From Carcharhinus amblyrhynchos (lineage: Eukaryota): a stretch of 64,000 bases of DNA. Below, in pieces: positions 12,404-24,918 of the stretch; position 1 is the stretch's first letter, and each line of letters opens with the position of its first letter. The DNA lies in NCBI GenBank assembly GCA_965287045.1, contig OZ336886.1:40052001-40116000 (forward strand), given 5' to 3'. The notes below the pieces were generated by a model, which made no database searches, was not told the DNA's origin, and was given only the letters and a program-made list of their open reading frames with translations. A program made the position numbers and the translations under genes.

Positions 12404-14278
12404 GATATCTGACCAGGTGAAGTCCAATATCTAAATGAACTGAAGTGAGATTATAAAAAAAATAGTTTCACAGCCTCAGGAAAATCTACACAGGTAAACA
12501 TCAGCTAGTATTTACTTCTGCAAGGAAACTGGGCAAAGTATGCATGCCACGACAAGTTTTCTCCAATCTGTTACAACTCGACTGAGGTCACACAAAAAGC
12601 ATCCATACAACCCTACAGTTCCTTCATAGATCTAAATATAGGCACACATTGCTGCTAGTCAACCTTTGCACTGACATCTGTCAATATTGCAGAAAATACT
12701 CTCATGGAAACCAGGTAACAGATATTATCCTTAGGTTTAGGATGGGCTATACTGTTGCCTAAATTTGAAGCTCATAAAGATTAGTGATGAGATTGTAAAT
12801 TCTTCTGGTTTTTGTAGCTGGTGCCAAGATCCAGTATCCTTCGGTCAATTATGGTGTAGATTACAGTGTTTCACATTCTACATTGGTGCCCGACTGTAAA
12901 TTAAAATTTCTGTCAAAGTGTAACAACATCAGTGTGAATGTGAAAACCCTTCATGCCAATGCTACAGCTATATATAAGGACAATCTTTGAAACAAGACTC
13001 CTTATATTGTCCTGACAATGCATTTGAACCTCACCTTAGAGGAATATACAACAGTATTTCCTACACTGGCTACCCTTATGATCCTCTCTAATCAAAATTG
13101 CTAATTGATATCAGATTGTTAGTGTTGCTCAGTAGACAGTCTTGCGAACAGTGCACTTTAACGCACAGGAACTTGAAAGTGTTAACAGCTTGAAAGTCTG
13201 ATATTAAGGGCTAACTTTCCAAATCTACCCTCCCAGCCTGCCCCACCAGAAACCCATTTTTAAAATCCTGCCATGACCCAGCCATTATATTCTGATCCTT
13301 TAAATTAATAGTTACAAATTTGCATGCACTCTCTTAAGTTTTCAATATGCACACAAGGTACACAAGGCTCCTTGCAAGGAGAACAACATGCAAAATGATC
13401 CCTTTTCAGAAGGGAAATTTTCATTCCACTAGTATGGACTGGATTTGATGGAGCTATTGAAAATGAAAGGATAATGCCCGACTCAAAGCCAGAAAATCTC
13501 TGATATGCAATTTAAAATGTATCATCTTTAATACTAGCGGCCTTCAATTAATGGTGCATCCTTGTTCATTTTTCTTTTTGGTGTCTGTTTAGAATTAACT
13601 CATGAAGAACGAGGAAATATCTATTTGTTGAACAATCTGCCTTAGAAAAATTACATCTCTGCCCATCTACATGCATTCTAAAATTGTTCTTCCTTTTAGT
13701 ATAACACAAACTGTAGTGCTTTCTATCTGTCATTGGTCTTAAGAAGCAAACTACATAACTTTTTGTTTGTCTTTAATTGTTTCTTGATGTAAGAATTTGG
13801 ATTTTGATTGCAGTCACTCAATTGTGCTGCTGTATACTTAATCTACAATGTTATCTAATAATGTGTTTGTTCATTAACATCTTGTGTATCTTTATAGATG
13901 GCGTTGGCAGAAAGTTTGTGAAGTATACTGTAGACAATACTGCATTTTCTAATAATTCTAATTGACCAAGCTAATTTTTACATACAAGCAGAACAATTGT
14001 GAAACGCTGATTAATGCTCTGTGCAGAATTTTGAAGATTGATAAAGGCTGTTTTGAGGGAGGGAGACTGTCAAGCTGGTCCATGAGCACATCAGTGTGAA
14101 GAGAAATCCATTATCCATTCCTGGGCAATAGCTTGACCTACATATATTGCATCAGTTCATCAAATCAAAAGGTTAAACAAAGATCATTGAGTTCAATAGG
14201 ATTATAGGACGGTGTCAATTGCTGTGGTTTTGATTCTCAATTTTTTTTTTAAAAATCCACATTATTTTCCTTTTCCAA

Positions 14279-14620
14279 GGACGGCATGGTGGCACAATGG
14301 TTAGCAGTGCTGCCTCACAGCTCCAGGGACGTGGGTTTGATTCCCAGTTTGGGTCACTGTCTGTGTGGACTTTGCACATTCTCCCCGTGCCTGCATGGAT
14401 TTCCTCCAGGTGCTCCAGTTTCCTTCCACAGTCCAAAATGAGCGGTTTGGGGAATTGGCCATACTAAATTGCCCCTTAGTGTCCCGGGATATGTAAGTTA
14501 GAGGAATTAGTGGGGGAAATATGTGGGGTTATGGGGATAAGGCCAAGGTGTGATTGTTGTTGATGCAGACTAGATGGGCTGAATGGCCTCCTTTTGTACT
14601 GTAGGGATCCGATGATTTCT
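14279..14620 (+). mobile_element. HE1/V-SINE, CR1-type tail
   Basis: Full head ggacggcatggtggcacaatggttagcagtgctgcctcacag through tail gatgggctgaatggcctccttttgtactgtaggg. Confidence 0.9.
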
Positions 14621-15728
14621 AAGGGCACCATAATCATCACGTTTCTCTGTGCTAACTAATGCTGTTCCATCATTTCCTGACATAAAATGTACTTGAACTA
14701 TGGTAAACATTTCTCACTTTTATCTCTAAGCCCATCCTCCCACTGTTGGCAGGTTGCACCTGGCCATGGACTGACAATGTGTAGATGGTTTGGTTGGCTG
14801 ATTTGAGTGACTGATGGCTCAGAGACCTGGTAGTGACTTATCAATCAGGATGCAAATACTCAGTACAATAACTTTGCTTTATTTTCGCTTTATTTTCATG
14901 TGTGTATGATCTATTGATATTTTTCAGAAGAAAAAGAATATACAATGAATAGTCAGTTAAAAAATGGAAAGATCTGATGTAGTGCGTGGCCTACCATAGA
15001 TTTTGCATGCTCCACGTATGTTGATGCCTGTGGGTGTGCTACAAATTGTAATAACTTGGAAGAACAATAATTAAAGGTTCTACTTTATCCTGTTTGAACC
15101 GGTTTTTTGATATGCCCTAAAACATGAATATAAATTGATTGACACTTCTGTTTAGTAACAAGTTCAAAAATGCTGTACGTGCAGCTTTGCAGAACAGTTT
15201 AAACAGAGGTGGAAGCCTAAATTGTGATGAGCCCAGTCTTCAAAACAGAGACATCTAGAGACCTGATTCTGAATGTACCTGAGGGAAAGAAGTTTGAGAG
15301 TTCACCCTATTACTGGTCATAACTCGTATGTGTTTTCTGAGGTTTTCAATTCATGTTCAATTGACATTCATCAATTGATGACACAAAATTGAGAGTGCAC
15401 CATTCATAGCCTGTGACTGTTCTTGTGCTTGCTGGAAAAGCCTTTCAATTATACCTGTGGTTCAAGGTTAAATTACTTACTGGGGACAATGTTGGTTAGG
15501 AAGGATTTGGTACTTCTGTAAATTATTAGCTATCTAATTTAGGAATCCAAATCAAGTACTAGCTAATCATTTCAGAAAAATTTGTTCAGGCAAACCGCTA
15601 ATCAACAGCTCAAAAATAATTGAAATAACTAATAACGTACAGATATTTATAATTAATTCTTAATGAGTGAAGGAGATAGATGGAGCTGAATGTTTTAGAG
15701 TTAAGACATAGAGTTAATTAAACATTTT

Positions 15729-15803
15729 GGCTGGAATCTTACCATCGTTTACTCTGGCGGGATTTTCCCATCCTGCCAAGGGCGAGGTCGGAGAATTCCA
15801 GCC
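15729..15803. mobile_element. 75-bp Harbinger-type MITE
   Basis: TIRs ggctggaat...attccagcc (perfect 9 bp). Confidence 0.65.
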
Positions 15804-16103
15804 ATTGAATGAAAAGTTAGAATATTATTTTGCAGCATACACCCATGTACACCTATGTTTGTATCTATCTGAGTATGATTTCCTTCACAGGGACTGTTTC
15901 AGCCCTCCAGCAATGGTGGCTCCAGCACACAAAGGTTAGAGTACTTTGTGTGTGGTAATTACTTTAATGACATGACATATAACACATATTTCAAACTTTT
16001 TTGGGGTTATTGTCTTTCGTCACCAATGCCAATCCACAAAACCTTTGATGACATTTTAATTGAAATATGCTTGTTTATACAATGCACCATTAACTAATAG
16101 GTT

Positions 16104-16452
16104 AAGAAATCATAGAAATCATAGAAACTCTACAGTACAGAAAGAGGCCATTTGGCCCATCGAGTCAGCACCAATTACAATCCCACCCAGACCCTACCCC
16201 CATATCTCTACATATTTTACCCACTAACCCCTCTAACTTAAGCATCTCAGGACACTAAGGGGCAATTTGGCCAATCAACCTAACACGCACATCTTTGGAC
16301 TGTGGGACGAAACCAGAGCAACCGGAGGAAACCCACACAGACACGGGGAGAATGTGCAAACTCCACACAGACAGTGACCCAAGCCGGAAATCAAACTCAG
16401 GCCCCTGAAGCTGTGAAGCAGCAGTGCTAACCACTGTGTTACCGTGCCTCCC
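16104..16452 (-). mobile_element. HE1/V-SINE, CR1-type tail with (catagaaat)n end
   Basis: agaaatcatagaaatcatagaaactctacagtacag...tRNA head to 16452. Confidence 0.9.
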
Positions 16453-16617
16453 AAAATATAATAATAATTAAAGAAACTTAAATAGTTAATTTGATGCAAT
16501 GAAAGAAAAAGGGACCCTTACTTTATATAGTCCGTTATCTGTAGTCATAATGTTTCACAGGGGGAATTATTTTTTGGAGTACGTGATCATTGTTATGCTG
16601 GCAATGGAGACAGTCTT

Positions 16618-16968
16618 GGGGACGCAATGGTCTAGCAGTATTATCACTAGACTATTAATCCACAAACTCAGCTATTGTTTTGGGGGCCCAGGTTCAAATC
16701 CCACCATGGCAGATGACGGAGTTTGAATTCAATAAAATATTTCTGGAATTAAAAATCTACTGATGACCATGACATCTTTGTCTATGGTCAGAAAAACCCA
16801 TCTTCTGCACATTAGGGAAGGAAATATGCCATCCACATCTGGTCTGGCCTACATGTAACTCCAGAACCACAGCGATGTGGTTGATTCTCAGCTGCCCTCG
16901 GGCAATTAGGGATGGGCAATAAATACTGGCCATTCAGCAATACCCATATCTCACAAATGAATAAAAAA
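16618..16968 (+). mobile_element. Meta-domain-type tRNA SINE, inserted into an older Deu-type SINE remnant
   Basis: Head with ggttcaaatcccaccatggcag B box, core agggaaggaaatatgccatcc...ggtctggcctacatgtaactccaga, tail gggcaattagggatgggcaataaa...gaataaaaaa; Deu-like pieces on both sides (16560-16615, 16970-17095). Confidence 0.8.
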
Positions 16969-17519
16969 GTCATTCTCCACTAACAATGTGGACAGCAATG
17001 GAATGAATGGCTCATTAATGCTTTTTTGGTGGTATTTGCTGAAAGAAAAATGTTGCCCAGTGAAACAGAAAAATCCTTACTCTTCGTCAAACTGCACACA
17101 CAAAGGGCGGGTGCTATTGATTCCTATTAACATTCACTTAGATATAAGAAATAACTAAGAAAAATTTACTACTAAAACTCTGCACCAATTATTCCATAAC
17201 AATTACCTTTCCCAGACACAATGAGACAGTGCTCCATTAGAAATAACATGATTCAATGTGCAAAAAGCTGATTTACAATTACATGAGTTTAGTTTGACGG
17301 CCAACTCTGACAAGGAGCCCAGGTAACCTGGGATTATTAGATGTGAAGTAGAATCTACCCGACGGCTCTTTTTGACCCCTGTTACAAATGGTATATATCT
17401 TATAATCTCAGGAAATAGGACCTCTCAACTTGTTAAATTCAGATTAAATTATCTGTTTCATAATGAAATGGAGCTGCCCTGTGTCTCCTTGAGGAAACAC
17501 AGAGTTAATTGGGGATAAT

Positions 17520-17728
17520 GGATGAGATTCTCCAGCTTCCCAGCCACGTGTTTCCCGCCAGTGGGAAGTGGCACATTGTTTGCTATTGGCAGGATTCTCT
17601 GGTCCTGCTGCTGTCAATAGGAATTCTCATGGCATCACCCCACACTGTTAGGAAACCCAGACGCGAAGGGTGCGCTGCCAGTAGAACTAGAGAATCCCAC
17701 TGGCGTGAACTGCCGCAGAATTCTGACC
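17520..17728. mobile_element. Harbinger-type MITE with AAT TSD
   Basis: ggatgagattct...agaattctgacc ends; aat at 17517-17519 and 17729-17731. Confidence 0.7.
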
Positions 17729-17904
17729 AATATCTATACATCCCTAACAACAGCAGCAAATGTCACTTAATTATTTTTTAACTTTCTGAAAACTAATATA
17801 ATTAGAAATTTAGGCAACATTCGGTTTGATTGAATATTGAGCACCATTGGCCCCAGATCTGAACTATTTTTAGCTTTATATTTGCATCATGTGTAATATG
17901 GTCT

Positions 17905-19310
17905 ATTCATGGGATGTGAGATTATATGACAGGGGCAGCATTGATTACCCATCCCTCATTCTTGAGAAGGTGGCGGTGAGCTTTTTTTTAATTGCTGCAG
18001 TCTGTCTGCTGCAGAAACACTTCCAATGCTTTTAAGGAAGGAGTTCCAGGACTTTAACCCAGTGGCAGTGAAAGAACAGCCAAATAGTTCCAAGTCAGGA
18101 TAGCATGGGACTTCTTAAAAAATTAATTTATCAGACATGGGTGTTGCTGGCTGGCCAGCGTTTATTGCCCATCCCTAGTTTGCCTGAAGGGAGTTGAGAG
18201 TCAACCACTTTGCTGTGGCTTTGGATGTAGGTCAGATCAGATAAAGACAGCAGATTCCCTTCCATAAAAGGACATTGGAGGAGAGGGTCTTACAGGTACT
18301 GTTGTTTCTATTGGGACCTCCTGCCTATCTTCTACTATCTGATAGGGGTTATGGTTCAAAAGGTTCTGTTGGAGGAACTTTGGAAGTTGCTCCAGTGCCT
18401 CTGGTAGATAGTTCACACTGCTACCACTCTACATCATTGAGGAGGCAAGTAAATGTTCACAGTCATTCATAGGTTGCCAATCAAGTGGGCATCTTTGTCC
18501 TGGATGTTTCTGACCTTCTTGAAAGTTGGAGTTGCACTAATCCATAATACTCCTAACTTGGGTCTTTCAGATGATGGACAAGTTTTCGGGAGTAATGGGG
18601 TGAGTCACTTGCCACAGAATTACCAGCTTCTAAACTTCTCTTGTAGCCACAGTACGTATGTAACTGGAAGAGTTCAGTTTCTGGTCGATGGTTGATGGTA
18701 GGGAAAATGGTAATGTTATTGAATGTCAAGGGATGGTAGTTAGATTCTCTCACTCATGAGATGATCAACACCTGGCTTTTTTGTGCTGCAACTATTGGGT
18801 CTTGCCATGTGGCTTTATTATCTGAGGAGTTGTGAATGGAACTGAACATTGTACAATTATCAGTGAACATGCCCATTTCTGACCATATGATGGAAGGAAG
18901 GTCATTGATGAAGCAGTTGAAGATGGTTGAGCCTAGGACACCATCTGGAGGAACTCCTGCAGTAATGTCCTGGAGCTGAGATGATTGACCTCCAACAACC
19001 ACAACCATTATTATCCTGTGGGATTCCTGTGACTTAGACGATTTTCCTCCCACAAACAAAAACAAAAAGACATGAATACAAGTGTACAATCAGTTGTGTT
19101 TTCCCTCAAGGTAGGTCTCTCAAATAATGTATTAACTAATGATAAAAAAGTGCTACATGTCCCGAATTCAGCTCTTTTGGCCATGTTTGAACTAAGGCAG
19201 TAATGGAGTCTGAGTGGGCAGAACCTGAGTGGATAACTTGTTAGAACCATTTAATAACATTGTCAATGGCACCTTCCATCACTCTACTGATAACTCAGAA
19301 TAGATTAGGT
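17905..19310 (-). mobile_element. Fragmented CR1-group LINE (same family as 5791-7437) with a Meta-SINE fragment at ~18125-18275
   Basis: ORF 18754-19089 has VVVGGQSS..DITAGVPPDGVLGSTIFNCFINDLP..MFTDNCT (GVPQGSVLGP/FADD-like). Confidence 0.8.
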
Positions 19311-19734
19311 CCATGTAACAAAGATATTGCTCTAGTAATCTTAACCTGAATCAGTTCACTGATGTGGTTGAGTCCATTGCCACCGAATGAAACTATCTGA
19401 AAAGGTCGAACAGGAAAACTGCTCCTCACTTTTAAATAGGCAACTGAGACATGTGAGACAAAACCTGAGGTGTTTCATCCTACCTCTGCCAAGAAGCATA
19501 TTATCTTCACATCTCAACATAACTTATAGCTAAAATTGCAATGATTGTGGATATGAAACTTATGTATCATTCAAATGGTACAATAAGGAATAGCTCTTAA
19601 ATACTACCAATGTAAAAACATTTTCTGTGCTTCTTTGATAGACCAACAATTGTACTTCCACACCCCATCAGTGTCAATGGTCTGTACATTATCCCTATAA
19701 CACCAATGCATACCACACACAGTAGCCAGTGAAT

Positions 19735-21803
19735 TATTTGAGCCTCTCAGCCAGGGGCTATGGATTCTTGGGAAGCCCTTTGAGGGTCTCAGCTGCGGCC
19801 CACTGTGACTCAGCCATGGCCCTCTGGGAGTCTGCCATGCCTGCTGTGACTTGGCCATCACTTAGACCCTGCCACTCACGGCGAGGATTTCCTGCCTTAA
19901 GCTTTCCACCCTGGATGCCACTCTTGCAGTGTTGGCCTGGGAATGATGCAGGACAGGCAATATCTGGTTGGACTGCTCCCAATAGCCTCGCAGTTGGTCC
20001 AGTGTTGCTGTCAGCCCCTCCTGCATTCCCTGGCTCTGTTGCTGCATCTCGAGCAACTGAGGGAGAAGTGATCGCAAAGGCTCAGCGTGTAGTCTTGGGC
20101 CAGCTGAGTCCTCGCCTTTGGCAACTTCACATGCCATAGGCCTCGGACATTGCTCCTCCACCCGATGTACATCAGAAGATGTGTTGTACACACCACAGGG
20201 TGACCCAGATGCTTCACATCTAACTTGACCCACTGATGTGAGGGTCTCTGGGATGGTGAATTGCGAGGTGGAAGCCGATACAAAACTGGTGCCGGCCTTG
20301 GAGATCCCTTCATTGGCTTCCTCCGAGGAGTCTTCCGAGTTATTAACGGCAGGATGGGTGGAAGCAGCAGCAGGGACTGCGATACCTGATGGCCCAGGCA
20401 CGTCGGGGTCCCTTCCCACAACACAGAACACAAGGTTAAGCGCAAGGAAGGGAGAGGAATCTGGGCTGAATGCAACTTAGTTAAAATTTCTCCAACAAGT
20501 GGACGATTGGCAGGTGTTCACTTCTATGCTCCAGCCCGACCATGCTGTTGCTAATGGCCCACATCTCCTCCCGTCCCGCAGGCTCCAGCGCCTGCTCCTC
20601 AAAGAGGGTGAGGACCCAGATCTCAGGCACACCACCCCATCTTCACCCTCTTCCAGTAATTATGGCCATTCTTCTCCTGTTGGGACAGAACGGGCCATGT
20701 AAAATCTGATGGCATGAGTCCTGCAGGGTATCAGGGGGTGGCTCTCAGAGGGCAAGGTCAATGATATTCTTGGGCTGGGCGGGGTGGGGGGGGGGGGGGG
20801 GGGGCGGTCGGGTGGAGATGGAAGGTACTTGGGAGTCAGGGACTGAAAGCATGCAGGATCCTGAGGGTGGGGGAATCTGGGGTTATTTAGAGGGAGAATG
20901 CTGGACGAGGTTGAACACTCACCCTTGCTGCCCTGATTAGGTGGTTCAGTTTTTTTGCAATATTGCTTCTTGATTCTCCTGGCCAGTGCCCTGGCAATGA
21001 TGCAACTGCCACTGCCTCCCAGGCTGCATTTCCATCCCTTCTTCTGGGACGGTGTCCTGCTGGGGAGAGGAGGGTGGCCACCTTGCCTCCACTGCCTTCA
21101 GCAACTTGGCCAGATCAGCATCAGAAAAACGGGGAGCTGCCTTCTTGGAGGCCATTTCTTCCTGCAATGCCTGTCTGTCTGTCTGTCCTTGGAGTGTTTA
21201 TGGAGCTATCCCTTGTTAGAGCAGATCAGCTGGAGGCAGTTTGGAAGAGTCACGTGCTTCCAGTGAATTTAATGCATTTTGCCTTATTACCATGTAAGGA
21301 AAGCCAAATCAGCACTTGCAGACTAGCAGGCATGGTGATGGAGGAGGGGCATGATTTGTGTGATGATCAGGGGCAGGGGAGAGAGAGAGTCATGTCAGTC
21401 AGCCATCAGGATGGGGTGTGTGATGAGAGGGCCATATGCAAGGTAGTCTGGGAAGGATAAGGGGGTCAGCAATGTTGGTGGGGGGATGCTCCCCAATGTC
21501 TATAAAGGAGAAGGAGAGGCTGTATCTGGCCTGGGGGATTCTGCTAGGCGATAGGGAGTCATTTAGGGTTTTTCTTTTCACTTTTTCTGCACGTGCGCAG
21601 TTTGTGGTATCAATCTGAGCTGTAGATTGTCTGGTGAATTAAACCCCTTCACTGCCTCTAATGGCTAGAAATGGTCTAGCCCACTTTTTCAAAGACTAAG
21701 TGCATAAGAGTGGGCATGGACATGCCCCCGAAAAACGGATCAGGAACTCTTCTGTTGTCACGCTGGCTGGAAACTGAGAAAAAAATCTCATAAAATTCTG
21801 CCC
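19735..21803 (-). mobile_element. Harbinger transposon remnant carrying a three-exon Myb/SANT-like DNA-binding protein pseudogene
   Basis: Exon 1 ~21155-20923 (MASKKAAPRFSDADLAKLLKAVEAR..NAAWEAVA..KKLNHLIRAAR|gtgagt). Exon 2 ~20676-20522 (ccaacag|EKNGHN..VLTLFEEQALE). Exon 3 ~20415-19750 (acidic/Ser-rich, then LLEMQQQSQGMQEGL coiled coil). TIR aaaattctgccc at 21792-21803; frameshifts present; no transposase seen. Confidence 0.8.
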
Positions 21804-22237
21804 AATAAGTCAGCCAAGGTCATGTGGTCAGGTCTGAGAATGGATCTTGAATCCATGCATAAATACCCTGATAAAATAGAATAATAAAAAACAGAGGGAT
21901 GTGAAGGGGCTATATTATTCAAGCTTATATGATTACAGATTCCATTATTTTATGATCGAGAGAAATGCAAACCGTATCATAATAATTTTAAAAATGTTGC
22001 TCAAATTAAAACCCTCCATAGTAGAAATTGATGACTGCAATGTTCAATAGCATGAAAATACCTAACCAAATCTACAGTGGAGCCCCTTTATTCACTAATT
22101 TTGGTACTGTCCAATACTCTTTACTCTAACCAAATAATTTTTAACACAATATTGACAAATAATGGAGCCAAGAATCTAATGGTACATAGCTTGATAGACA
22201 TTGCCAAAAAGTTGGAAGACTTTAAATATACATAAAA

Positions 22238-22263
22238 TATATGTATATATATATATATATATA
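22238..22263. repeat. (TA)n microsatellite
   Basis: atatgtatatatatatatatatata. Confidence 0.8.
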
Positions 22264-22394
22264 CATGCATAACCCACACAAGTGAAAGGCTCGCCTAAAT
22301 AAGGACAAATATAGTAAATTAACTCTCTAGAGAAGCAATGTACATTCATAGAAAGGGATCCATTCTCTGTAAATAATATGGATCTGTTCAAGTT

Positions 22395-22640
22395 TTTCTT
22401 CCCTTGTTTGAATTACTAGGATGTTGAGGGAGTTTATAGTATATCCTGTTGCTTTCTACATGGTGATGCCTCAGCCAATCAGAAGGGTCTTTCTAACCAA
22501 TCAGCACTCATCTCTCCTGTAGTATATACAGTTGTGATGCTTTGAAATTTGGCATTCTTGCATTTGTCTTGATGAGTGCCAGATGAAAATCTTCAGCAAC
22601 ATATCTGCATCTTTTCAGCAATATTCAAGTGCTGTTAATA
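22395..22640 (+). mobile_element. Penelope-like terminal repeat fragment with decayed hammerhead motif
   Basis: Two ccaatcag boxes, gtatata, then tttgtc-TTGATGA-gtgccagat-GAAA-atct-TC (CUGAUGA/GAAA spacing). Confidence 0.5.
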
Positions 22641-23587
22641 ATCCAAGTTAATGCACTGGGTATATTCTTGAATCATCTAAACATATATTTTCTCACTGCA
22701 GAATGTGATTGAAAAGCAAGAACAAATAATGTAACGTTGTGAAATGGTGCATAAAACACAGCATTGGACAAAATTCCTAAGTAGGGGTCAGGAATGGGGG
22801 AAGGTGGTGGGAATGGAATGGAGGTGAAGGGATAGTGCGAAGGGTGTGGTAGTTAGTTACACATGAAAGAAAACTTCTCAACACTCAAGCATCGGTAGTC
22901 TTGAAGTACAATGGATCTTTTTTTCCACAAAATCATTTACCTTAGTTAGGATTGAGTGGTCCAATAATATATGAAAGATTTGCTAAGTTTTTCTGTTCAG
23001 TGTTTCCATCCCCATTGATAGGACTGCTGTGTGTTTTCCAACATGTTTATTTGTTATGGTAGTTGTTCACCAAGAGACAAAAGGAAAGCTAAGGTTTTCA
23101 CTCAGAAATATTCTGAAGCTGATGGCATCGAAGGTGAAGGAGAATCAACTGATCAATATTAGTCATTCCTTACTGACAGCGCACTTGTCATGCACCCCCA
23201 GGCACTCTTCAAATCTCTTCAAATTTAAGATGAAAGGATTGAGAGTTTTCTGCCTATCATGTGTGGACAAAACTGACACTGTCGGCACTGATGAATGATA
23301 AGAGCAGTGCTCTAAATGACTCTTGCAATATCCTTTGAAAAGTTGTCTTGAGATTAATTGCATAGCATGTACAGAAGAAAAACAGGTCAGATGGCTCAAC
23401 CAGTCTGTGCTGGTCTTTGATCTCACAAGCCTTCTCCCATTCTACTTCATCCAACCCGATCCACATATCTCTCTCTATTCCTTTCCCTCCTCATGTAAAT
23501 GGTCAAACCTGGCCTGGCCAAATGAGAGGACAATAACTCTAGGCGTCCCAGTGCAGTTTATTGGATCACTGGCCATTTATCCCAATT

Positions 23588-23748
23588 TTTTATTCATTCA
23601 TGGGTGTCACTGACTGGCCAGCATTTATTGCCCATCCCTAGTTGCCCTTGAGAAGATAGTGGTGGGTTGCCTTCTTGAATTGCTGCAGTCCATGCACTAT
23701 GGGTTGAACCACAATGCTGTTGAGGGAATTCCAGAATTTTGATCCAGA
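23588..23748 (-). mobile_element. 3' end of CR1-group LINE (family of 5791-7437)
   Basis: cagcatttattgcccatccctagttgcccttgagaagatagtggtgggttgccttcttgaa matches 5830-5960. Confidence 0.75.
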
Positions 23749-24139
23749 TTTCAGTCCCATCTACAAGCCCAAAATCACTTCGTACTCTCACACTGGCGGG
23801 ACCAATTGAACAATCTCATACAATGAAGATTAATATGACAGTCTCAGTAGGGAATAGCAGGGATGATCTTCTGAGAATAATGACTGAGTGGCCTCTTGTT
23901 CATTGTCCATGTGAATAGGATTGTGAGTGCTAATTGCTATTAGACGATGCCTGAATTACAGTTTGGGCTTCTTCCAGCACTTTTTCCTTTTGTTCATGGT
24001 TAAGAGTGATCGCTAGTTGCAATTAACATCCCTTGTACTGAAACCTGCATCTTTATAAAGTGTCACATGCGGATTAAAACCTAAGTTTAACAATGATCTT
24101 CCAGTTTCTGGAGCATCTGACACCACAAAGATGAGGTGA

Positions 24140-24918
24140 CGTTAGTCCTTTACATTGTGGAAGACCGCCCTCACCCCACAATCATGCCACCCCCGGCCGG
24201 CTGGATGGCTCTGGATGTGTCCTTAAAATCTAAGAGGACCTTCAGCTCTGATGTTTCTCCACCCATCTGGGATCTCTCCTTCTCATGTGCCAGCTTGATC
24301 TGCATGAAGAAAAATGGAGAGAGTGTAAGCAGGACGTGTGCGAGGACAGACGGTGAGAATGCCTGGCATGTGTGGATGGGAGCAATGGAGTGAAGGGGAT
24401 ATGACCTACAGGGGAGATGAAGATGTGTTTGGAAGAGCGAGTAGTGAGATCCCTGTAGATGAGGTGTGTGCGCCTGTGTGCGTGTATGTGGAGAGTGATG
24501 AGGAGAGTGACTTAGCCTGACAGAATGAAAGAGTTGCTCGCTGGTTTTCTTCCTGAACAAGGATACAACATATTGCGATGGGCCTCTGCAGCACCAGGAG
24601 TCTCTCGAGGGAGATGTCTCCAAATCTGGGGGAGGATTTCTTGGCCGCCAGCACTTTCAGTGACATATTAGGAGTGGCTTGTGTGTCCTGGAGTGGCCTT
24701 CAAATGTGGCGCCCTGATGATGGCGCTGAGCAGATGGCAGAATGGGCAACTCAATGGCTACCCACCAGCAATATGGCCTGGAACTCGTGGCAGAAAATCT
24801 TTGGCATGAGATGCTGCACTTTCTGGCAGGAAAAGCTGCCATTGCTGTCAATGGGCTCAATGCTGCTTTTCCTGCCCACTATCAGCCTTTGTCAGTCTCC
24901 AGGACAGAAGATCCTGTC
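24140..24918 (-). mobile_element. Second Harbinger Myb/SANT pseudogene remnant
   Basis: AAKKSSPRFGDISLERLL (24640-24590) and, after acceptor ttcttcatgcag, IKLAHEKERSQMGG..ELKVL; TIR-like aagatcctgtc at ~24908-24918. Confidence 0.7.

Noticed and set aside
12807-12850. Perfect RSS nonamer GGTTTTTGT
   Set aside because: No heptamer at 12- or 23-bp spacing.
14279-14355. tRNA-like A/B boxes
   Set aside because: SINE heads continuous with SINE bodies; no complete cloverleaf.
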